NCBI GenBank assembly: GCA_051362555.1
Contig: CM120645.1
Coordinates: 558,001 to 622,000, forward strand
Direction: 5' to 3'
Length of the DNA: 64,000 nucleotides
Source of the DNA: Lingula anatina
Taxonomy: Eukaryota > Animalia > Brachiopoda
Positions 1 to 9,700 of this stretch are shown piece after piece (the first letter of the stretch is position 1; the number at the start of each line of letters is the position of its first letter). The position numbers were made by a program, and so were the translations under genes. The notes beneath the pieces were generated by a model. It saw nothing but the letters and a program-made list of their open reading frames with translations. It was not told where the DNA came from and searched no databases.

Positions 1-394
1 GTCAGCCAAGTTCCAGACTGGGTTATCAGTATTGCTGTCCGTGGATCACATCTCTCAGACATGTGGCGTGTTCTCATGCGAGGTCACCGTGACCTTATGG
101 ACATCATTAAAGGGGACTGGCCTGGGCTGTCATATGACAAGTACCTGGTGTGTCCCCACTGTGTGAGTGAGGACAGTGAGCACCAACCCCCCTCAACTAC
201 TGCCCAAAATGCAGAAATACCAACCAAGAGAAAAAGATACTGTCAGAAAACACCAACACTCTTCCCTGGAGAGATACTTGACCAAACCATTAGAACAGCT
301 TCCAAACCAAGACAGGTGCCATGTGTCAACACTGGTGTCTCCATTCCTGTAGACCTGGTCTACCCACCACACCTGGCCATGAGCTGGCAGGAAG
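1..394 (+). CDS. Roco (MFHAS1-like) paralog 1, 3' end of the large COR exon; the gene starts upstream of the window
   Basis: Open frame from base 1 (VSQVPDWVISIAVRGSHLSDMWRVLMRGH...LVCPHC...SWQE) closely matches the COR C-terminus of the 56392 ORF. It ends at the donor GAAG|GTAAGC (394/395), the same position as in paralog 3 (59017/59018). Confidence 0.9.
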
Positions 395-1165
395 GTAAGC
401 ACAATACATATCTCTCTGTACTGTTATAGTATTACCCTAAAGATTCACTAGTGTCTCTTTTTTATGTCTCTATTTTCAAAAATGTTGTCAATCGGCCCTC
501 ACCTGAATGTGACATCTAAAAAATTTACTTACAAGAATTTTTTTTTTACTTTTTTTTTCATTAAGTGCAGTATTTTAGCTATAATAACATCCCCCAATGA
601 TTGACCTCCCATATCATAGTTTATACCATCTCCATGTACTAACTCAAAATGCAAAAAAATTTTCTTACAGCAGTAGGGATTTTTTCTGTAAAATCTTTAG
701 TATTTTTATTTACAGTTAGCTCTGCCTATGTGTCAAAGTCTTTATATTCTCCTAATTGTCCTCTAAAATCAATATTTTTACATAATAACAGGTAATTTTT
801 ATCTTTCTTATGCAGTCTTCGACGTTAAGCGGTGGACCGTGGACCGAGTCCACTAAATTTTCCGTCGGTCCAGTAAATATTGAAATTTATGTGGACCAAC
901 GGTCCAGCTAAAATATTGAGAGATGCATGGGTTGCGTTGAGCAAAATTTAGAGCACATAAAATCAAATAAAAATTGTGTTATCTTCGCGAATATATAGTC
1001 TAAAAGGTTGTGATAACGCGAGCCATAACCAAAATAAAATGAGTGTGGCAGATGAGCCCAAACACAATGGTTGTGCGCAATGTGAGCTTTGAGAATTCTG
1101 ATTGGTCAATTATATTGGGTCATCCAATCACGGTCTTGAAAGTGTGAACCACGAGGTTTTACGAA

Positions 1166-4100
1166 ATGGCGTTTCTTAAGCATTTTGCGGGCGTGAAGCC
1201 CGGAGTTAAAAGAAAAGTGTTAGATCTACAAAGTCAAGAGTACGAACGAAAAAGGATAAGGAAGTTTCAAAGTTCGTGGCAGCACAGTTTTTCCTGGCTT
1301 GTGTATGACACCGAGGCTAACAGCATGCATTGTAAAATCTGCCGAAGTCTGAGAAATGATTCTGATGGGGACTCCCCCTTTATCGCGGGAACGTCAAATT
1401 TTAAGATAGATGTTGTTAGGCTACATGCAGCATGTAAACAACACCAGCGGAATTCTGAACTTATCGCAGCAAAATCTACGCTATTTCCCAGAGTGTAGCG
1501 GCAGACTGCTTGGGGAAACTGAAGAGGGCTGAATATACCAGGCTGGTATCCAAGTTCCGATCGGCACACGCCATAGCCAAGCACCATCTGAGTTTCAATT
1601 TGTTTAAGACATTTTGTAAACTGGACACGGCCAAAGGCCTTGATGTTGGCACTTCTCACACCACTGACAAGTCCGCTGCACAATTTGTGTCTGCTATCGC
1701 AAATGTGGAAAGGAGAAGGGTAATTCAGAAGATTGAATCATGCAAATTTTTGAGCTTAACTATGGATGGGGCCACTGATTTTTCTGGAGACGATCTTGAA
1801 AACATTTATGTGAGGTCGTGCAACGATGGAAATATTGATGACATGTTTCTGTTTATTGGCCCAGCCCAATCATCTACCAGTAAAGACATTTACAATATGT
1901 TACACGAAGTCTTAAGAGGTTTGAATGTGGAACATGTGGTACGACAAAAACTGGTTGGCTTCACAGCTGATGGAGCATCCAACATGCAAGGTAAATGTAT
2001 GGTGATAGCAGCTACATATGATAAAGCTTACTCAAAAAGTTATGTACCTCAAAATTGATGCATAATGTTATATAAAATCCATCAGAATGTGAATATTGCT
2101 TAGCTAGTGGTAAAGTAAGGAAATATTACAGCTCAAGCTAATTCTTTAAATATGTCACACTGCAGTAATGATAATAGACTGGTAATGTTAATGTAGGTGT
2201 AAATGTACAGCTGCACTTGTTATTCTCCACTAAAACATGGATGTTAAATGATATAGAAAAAGTACACTCTCCTGTTTAATTTCCAGGAAAAACGTCTGGT
2301 CTAGTTGCTCTTCTGAAAGAGGACTACCCATGCATTATCACAAACCACTGCTTAGCTCACAGGTTGGAATTGGCCTTTAAGGACTGTGTAAAAGAGGCAA
2401 GCCCCAAGCTGTATGATAAGTGTATAACCCTCCTTTTGGGTCTATATTACCTGTACAGAAAAAGCCCGAAGTCAAAGAAATCTTTATATAGAGCATTTGA
2501 TGCTCTTGAACAGAAAGTCCTGCTGCCAACACGAGTAGGGGGTACTCGCTGGTTGCCACACATACACAGAGCATTGCATGTTTTTCTTAGAGGCTATACT
2601 GTGTTTGTCTATCACCTGCAAAATTCCTCCCATGACAATGCAAAATGTGAAGGCCTGGCTAAGCTGGCGACAGATGGACATGTTGTGGTTCATCTTCTGC
2701 ATCTCAGTGTAAGTACATTTTATACTTTAGTGGTAGCACTAAGTGGTATATTGTGTGTTATAATTGGAGACATGACCATGACCATTTATTCAGTTTCTTT
2801 ACTAAGTATGAAAAACCTCACTGTATATGTGTAAAAGATATGTAACCAATTATCTGTATACACCATTTATTATTTACAAACCAAGGATAAATTGATGTGA
2901 GGGTCATTCATTCTCCCTCTTTTTAGGAGGTTGTTGGTGTTCTACAAAGACTGTCCCTTGTACTGCAGAAAAGTGAACTGAGTTTAGCTGATGCCTGTGC
3001 CAGAGTGGATGCTACCTTAGAAACTCTCAAGTCCAGTTTGTCAAGGTACATGTAAATAAAACTGTTGTTTCAATTGTTATGCAAATATACATTTTCTATT
3101 TCATAAACAATAACAATGTTTATTGCTTTTTCAGTGACAGTGGTGAGGTTGCAGCAGTGCTACAGACCAGTGAATACAAGTCTGTAAATGTGACTTTTAA
3201 AGGAAAGAAGCCCAGCTCCAGTAATACAACCCTTTTGTCAAAGCTTATAGAATGCTTAGAAGCCAGATTTCCACCTGGAAGATCTGCTGTCATTGATGCC
3301 TCATGCATAAGCAGTTTTTATAATTGGCCTACATCAGGATCTGATAGCATCAAAGGTATTATAATTAAACAGGGAATGGTGTTTTTACTGTTTGCTGTGT
3401 AATATGTTTGAAAATGTGCTATGTTGTTACTAATTATTATTATATGCAGCCAATTTTATTGTTTATGTTGTGATATTCTGGGGGGGGGGGGTTGTCACTT
3501 TATGTGTTTTTTACTTAAATTAAATCAAGACATTGCTGTTGTAATAAAATGTTATTGCTGTGTGAATACTAATGAAATGTTTTCAAATAAAATTATCAAA
3601 ATTTAATAGTCACTGTTTATTAAGTAAGGTTATGTATTATTTCTTTTTTTATTCTGTGTTATTATCATTTATTTATTTATTTATTTATTTATTCTAAAAA
3701 AAGATGAGATGTTTATAGTAAATGAAATTGGCAATAATTTAATTATTTATTTCAATCAGCGTATGGAGTGGCAGAGCTGACAGTCATACACAATCACTTT
3801 CAAGATCTGCTGCCAGACCTTGCTGTCATATTACAGGAGTGGTCCCTTCTTAAGGCCCTTCTTTACAAGAGGTAGGTTTGCTTTCCTTTGAAAATAAATT
3901 GCATGTGTTTGCATTTGCTATTAAAATGTCAAATATGAAATTGATTAATTTCCTTAATTTAGATATGGACAACAACTTGCCTCTGTTGCCTGGGAAGACG
4001 CCCTTCAAGGATTTAAATCACAAGACTTGGATGCGATATATACAACACTTGATCTTGTAAGATCACTGCCACCCACATCAGTGAGGAACGAAGCAACATT

Positions 4101-4952
4101 CAGTGCCATGAAATTGACAAAATCAAAAAGAAGGGGTCGGTTAAATGCATCCACTTTAAATGACTTGCTGCTGATTCACCTGGAATCCCCTGCGATTGAA
4201 GATTTTAATCCTGATGAAACTATCAAGGATTGGCTGGTAAATTACATGTTGAAATATATTAAGGCATTTAATTTTTGGATCAAAAATCAGACATGCATAG
4301 ATTTTTAGTTATCAAATGACACGTCTTTGCAACATTCATGATTATTTCTGAGAAAAGCAACAGCTCTCCATGTCTATTAAGTATTTATTGTGAGCCTATA
4401 GGAGATTATGCATATTCATTTAAAGATAAATATTTGCAGGTCACGCCATCTGGAAGGAGCAGAAGGTTGGGGTATAAGAGAGATACAGTGAAGACAACTG
4501 TTACAGCTACAGATCCTTTTCCTTCCACTTCAACAGTGAGCAATGTCAGTGAAACTGAGGTACCTTCTACTTCAACAGTGAGCAATGTCAGTGAAACTGA
4601 GGTACCTTCCACTTCAACAGTGAGCAATGTCAGTGAAACTGAGGTATGTCTGTTAATCCCTAATTGATTTACTCTTTGTTTTATGTACCCCAAAACCACA
4701 TAATGTAGGTTTTATTATTGACAGACAAATATGACAATCTTCACATATATTCAAAAACTTTGATGTAAACTGAATTTAAAGAAACTACAGAGATAGATAA
4801 TAGAAAGGTGCCCTTTCTTTTTATTGCAGGTCACAAAAGAATGGATTGATTGTGAAAACTCTGAGAGTGACAGTGATGATGATGATGATGAGGAGGAGGA
4901 AATGTCGTACAACCATGTGTTTTCAATGCTCTCTGTATTCTGCAGGGAATAA
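1166..4952 (+). pseudogene. Spliced hAT transposase (ZnF_TTF/ZNF862-like) with one frameshift
   Basis: Predicted exons 1166-1990, 2287-2708, 2927-3045, 3135-3355, 3760-3871, 3963-4236, 4440-4643, 4830-4952, all GT-AG. Motifs: RKFQSSW..FSWL..CKIC..H....H zinc finger, LTMDGATD, FTADGASNM, HCLAHRLEL, GTRW and the dimerisation-domain-like PPTSVRNEATFSAMK. There is a frameshift near 1480-1498 between the 1166 and 1510 ORFs. Confidence 0.85.
4521..4646 (+). repeat. Three copies of a 42-bp coding tandem repeat (PSTSTVSNVSETEV)
   Basis: ccttc(c/t)acttcaacagtgagcaatgtcagtgaaactgaggta occurs three times in tandem. Confidence 0.95.
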
Positions 4953-5177
4953 AGCAAAATAATCTGTTGAAAAATAAATTTGGTACAAAAACATCAGCCT
5001 TATTTATTATTTTCTTTTTAAACAAATTTATTAGAATTGGTCCAGTAAAAGTTGGTTCGGTCCAGTAGGAATTGCAGTCTTGGTGGACCAAATGTCCACT
5101 AATTAAAAATTTTATTCGTGAAGACTGCTTATGTGTATCATTTAAAAAAAACATTGCATTTGTTTAATCATTTTCAG

Positions 5178-5446
5178 TTCTGCATACAGAAAAAGCAAGG
5201 CTTTGTGAAAAAATCACAGAACCCTGTCTCCTGGACATGTTAAATGTGTTCCTCCAAGAAGGCATTATCACCGACCGTGAAGCAGAGACAGTGAAAACTG
5301 AACCCTCAACTGACAGGGTGAAATGTCCAAAGAAAGTTGCAGTCTTCCTGGACATTATAAGCAGGAAACCTGTCAGGGCACATGTTACACTGTGTAGATG
5401 TCTTCAGGAACAAGGACAGACTGATCTTCTTGAATTGATAAAGTAA
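5178..5446 (+). CDS. Roco paralog 1 terminal exon, CARD-like death-fold domain
   Basis: Acceptor TTTTCAG|TT (phase 1) matches the donor at 394. Translation VLHTEKARLCEKITEPCLLDMLNVFLQEGIITDREAETVK...KVAVFLDII...LCRCLQEQGQTDLLELIK* fits the CARD pattern (L..L.Q.GIIT..E.E.I, then LLD.L, then L...Q..L). Paralogous to 63595-63884. Confidence 0.85.
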
Positions 5447-5824
5447 ATTGGGACTTTCCTAGACCAATGATTATCAAACTTTCCTGGAAATTCACAGAAT
5501 GAAAAGGGACAAGGCATTTACATGTAATTTATCAATGGAATACCTCAGGGAAAATGGACAAAGTCTGCTTCTTACCCTCAAATATTGCCTGTGAATTATT
5601 AGATGTCTCCGACAAAAGTGAGCTTGCTGTCCTCCTTAAATATAGCAAAAGGTCAGCAAAACTGACTGTATTGACTCACCACCTGCAGCAGTTGTGTCAT
5701 GGAGTTGTATCCTCAAATGTTTAGCAGTCTTCAGTGTACTAAAAAAAATTGGACCATTCTGGCCTGCGATATCTTTTGGACAATCAATTAAATTCAAATA
5801 GTAAATCTTGGTCAACTGAACTAA

Positions 5825-6039
5825 GGCTCTGTTCTCACAACTTTTAGATCGATCTATCACCGCGGGGAGTCTCACTAGATTACTGTCAGATAATCCGCCT
5901 TAAGTGTCCGTCCCCTCCTACTACAAGCTATAAGGGGTAATTAACTTTCGTGTCCGCCCGGCTGACAGCTATTTAGCGTGAACCCCCAGGGAGTTAGGTC
6001 GATCCAATGTAGGTCGATCTAATCTATGAGAATGGGGTG
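5825..6039. mobile_element. 215-bp MITE (PIF/Harbinger/Tourist-like), copy 1
   Basis: Imperfect TIRs GGCTCTGTTCTCA / TGAGAATGGGGTG with TAA on both sides. A reverse-complement copy of the same length lies at 35993-36207. Confidence 0.8.
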
Positions 6040-6123
6040 TAAGGCATTATCCATGCACTAATAATTAACTGGTTGACTGGATGCCTTAAATGGCATCAGA
6101 GGAAGAGCCATTTAATCCATCAG

Positions 6124-6228
6124 AAGAGGAATGGGGGAACTCCAAGCATTTGAAGTTTACGCTGTCCATAACCAGACCTCGTACATTGTGGGAGGGGCCT
6201 TCAGGTGCATGGTCAATCTGGAAGTATT
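6124..6228 (+). pseudogene. Degenerate or 5'-truncated LRIG LRR exon
   Basis: Frame reads ...HNQTSYIVGGAFRCMVNLEVL and ends at the strong phase-2 donor TT|GTAAGT, in frame with the LRIG exon at 6477 (L|[12 protein letters not shown]). The upstream part loses LRR consensus and there is an in-frame TAA at 6113. Confidence 0.55.
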
Positions 6229-6476
6229 GTAAGTATCTCAGGATAGTCTCGCGGCTATCAGCTATTGTGAATGTGAGCTAGTATCTGAAGAGAATTGAAT
6301 TAAGAAAATATAATTATCAGAATCACACAGGTTTCAGCCATATAGGCATTTCTGTTACTGCTGTAATTTTGAATTGTTAATTTTTTTATCGTGCCAGTTG
6401 TTCTTTGATAAGTAGATTATTTCAAAGGAAATGAATACACGTTTGAAAATGTAATTACCAAAATTTCAATTTTCAG

Positions 6477-6730
6477 AGAGTTGTCTGGCAATGAGATATC
6501 CTGTACTATTGACATGAATGCAGCATTTGAAGGCTTGACCAGTTTACTGCGGTTAGATCTAAACAATAATCACATCAAGTCCATCTCTACCACCTCCTTC
6601 AGCGGCCTGGTACAGCTGCGCCATCTACAGTTGGTTAACAACAACATCACCTCCATACAGGAAGATGCATTTGCTGATCTCATGAGCTTGGAACAGATGT
6701 AAGTTTTTTTTTATCATATTTGTATGTGTC

Positions 6731-6778
<48 letters not shown>

Positions 6779-9700
6779 TCCACCATCATCTTTAGGCTAA
6801 ACACAAAACAGATCAAATGTTTTGTCCATCCCTTCAAAATTTGAACTCAGAGTCTGAAAGATGATAAAAAAAAAATTAAAAAAAAAAAAAAAAAAAACAG
6901 AACTATCACCTGAAAAACAATAGAAAAAATATAAACAGGAAAGTTCAAGGAGCACTTCATTGTTGGGCATAAACAGTGATTCTCTGTTTACAGTACTCCA
7001 AACGTAAAGTACATTGAGTCTTCACGTCTTTTTTTATTTGGACAGTGATCAAGAAAGCAGTCTATTAAATAAGCAAGCCTGTTCTTCACCTCCACTGAGA
7101 CAAGAGGTTACCAGACATAAGACTGAGTCATCTTAGCTTTAGAATTGCGAAAGGATGTTTGAATTGGCTGAAAATCTCTTTATCTTTATTTTTTTGTGAT
7201 TCTCAGCCTGTAGAGCACCACCTATATTAAAATGTAATGATTATGAAAATATTTTGTAAAATGGCAATTCAATAAGAACAGTAACAAACAGATGTTTTTT
7301 GTTTTTTTTAGATTAAAAAAACACAATCTCAGAAAAAGTTAATACTCTGAAAATTGTACTTTACAAGAAATTATCTCTTCTTGGTTAAATCTTATTTTAA
7401 GATTTATGTTACATGGAATTACATATGAGTTTATAAAAAATGAAAATCACAGACTGACGATCAGTCTGGTCTTACTTACAGTGGATTTAGTCACCGTATT
7501 CTGTGCCAAAAAATAAGGTAGGAGTCAAGGTGCTGAATGACAGCTTGGTTTATTTTTACTTTCAGTAAATTCAACACCAGCACACTCCTGTGTGACTGCC
7601 AGCTAAAATGGCTGCCAATATGGCTGCAGCAGAAGCAGTTTGAGGCGATGGTCAGTGCTCGATGTGGTCATCCAAGAACACTGCAGGGCTCCAGTATACT
7701 GGACGTGAGCCAGGAGGACTTTACTTGTAGTGAGTTGAAACTCCCCAACTTCACTTCTTGGTTTTTGATCCTTCACTTAATAAAAGTCTGAAAAAAAATT
7801 AATATTTTTTGGCATTCGTTCTTTCACAACTTTAGATCTGAAAAAAATTCAAACTTCTTTTTTTAATTAAAAAAAATTTACAACATAAAAGATCTGTGAA
7901 AGGTTTGTATTCCAATTGATGATTGAAGCAATTTCTGTATAGATCTATATTAAAAAATAGATGTTGTATATTTTAGCTGACTTTCCAAAGCCAGTGATGG
8001 TGACTGAGCCAACAGCAGTCATTGCACTGAAAGGCAACAACATGAGCTTGTCTTGTGCCGTACAGAGCAGCAGTGACTCTCCCATGAAGGCAGAGTGGAG
8101 GAAGAATAGTGTGGTGAGTAGCACTTTTATGCATAATTTTCAAAAATAAAATTCTCTTTGTAATAAGATTGTGAGTTTAAATGTTTAAGTATTTTACAGG
8201 ATTTATTTATTAATTATTTATTTACTTAATTTTACTTGTGTTTTTGACTGTATAAGGATAATACTAAGACCATCACTGATATTTTTCAATTTCATAACTT
8301 GCATTTTCTTTTTCAGCCAATGCATAATGCAAATGCAGAGAACTTTGCATCGCTGAGGAATGACAACGTGATCAAGTTGACATCCATCCTCCACTTGACG
8401 CATGTCCAGGATGTGGACTCGGGCAGCTACCAGTGCATTGTTACCAACCAGTTTGGATCTGTCTTCTCCAAGAAGGCCAGAGTTAATGTATATGGTAGGT
8501 TCCAGTTTGTGTTTTGGATTGGAGCTAGTAACTATTATTTGACATATGTATTGTATATATGCTTAGTTTGGGAGGAGGGAAGAATTCATTGAGATTGTGA
8601 ATGGTTGATTTTCAAAAAGGTTAATCATTTTGGCCAATGAGAAGTGATTTATTTTTTTAACATCTTAACATGGAGACAATGAAAAACCTATTTCACCATA
8701 TAAGCATATAGTTGTCTCTATGTGTTGTGCCTAAGATTGAAACTGGGATATCTGTATTGATTGAAATTTGTCTGAGATCTCAGGACGTGAGTGACAGTGG
8801 GTGTTTTTGTTTGTGTGTCTTGGAGACATACTCTGTTATTCGTATCCAGTCTGTGTGTAACAATTGGAGCAGACGGCAGACAGACATTATCAATACAGTT
8901 CAATAGGGGTCAGCACTCCCAAGATAAGCCACACAGACTTTGAGGGGTTTGCTGTGAAGTTTTGCTCTGTGTGTGCCTAGATAAATAACTTACTACCTTT
9001 ATCTGCTACAATTACTTCCCCCGATACTGCCTGGTGCACCTGTATGCAGGGGTTGTGTAATAGTCTCTTTTTCTCTTCCAATTGAGGTCGAAGAAGGTTT
9101 AGAATTGTTACGCATTTTCACACTTTGCTGCCTTCCTGTTATTGATTTTCTAGTGATTATTTAGTGGCTCCATTCATCTGTACTGGTGTCAGTGTCAGTG
9201 GGTATTAGCTCGGCTAATGTGGCCACAAAAGATGTCTGGTTTATTACCAGCTGTGAGAGAGGAGAAGCACAGTGGGGACAGGAGCCTGTCTTCTCAGCCA
9301 GGGGCAGGAGTTGAGGCCCTGTGAGGGGGGGGGGGGGGAGTTGTTAATTTACCTGTTTGGATATTGTGAGACTTGGGACTAATATATAGTAATGTGGAGT
9401 AATGTAGAGTGATGAATGCTGTTTGTTTTGTCAATGAAAGATGATGTCCAAGCAAGGTGTTTCATTATGGAATTTATTGTTATTGACTGACCTTGTGCCC
9501 ATCCCTTTAACAGGAAATAATAAGACCAAAATGCTTCCTGCTGCAGAAACTGATACATGGAATTTTGTCCACTAACTTGAACAAAATAAAAATAATTTTA
9601 AGAAAATAATAGATTTCTTCTTAACAGAAAATGAAAAACCATTTCACTCCATTAATGTGTCTTATTTGTTCCAGTCTACCTGGAATCTATTCATTTCTAT

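Larger units (their letters stand above)
813..5127 (+). mobile_element. hAT DNA transposon (4315 bp) inside the Roco paralog 1 intron
   Basis: Terminal CAGTCTTC (813-820) and GAAGACTG (5120-5127); subterminal TGGACC/GGTCCA repeats at both ends; direct repeat CTTATG at 807-812 and 5128-5133. Paralog 3's intron has no such element at the equivalent site. Confidence 0.9.

Noticed and set aside
6090-6281. 63-aa ORF MASEEEPF... as an LRIG first exon
   Set aside because: It has no signal peptide or LRR features; the LRR-like sequence and usable donor are in a different frame.
394-6477. Chimeric Roco-LRIG protein made by splicing the COR donor to the first clean LRIG exon
   Set aside because: The donor at 394 is phase 1 and the LRIG acceptor at 6477 is phase 2, so the join is out of frame. 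Joins to later phase-1 exons are possible but unsupported.
8712-9340. GC-richer stretch in an LRIG intron as a nested gene or TE ORF
   Set aside because: Only short ORFs without identifiable motifs or termini; no call can be supported.
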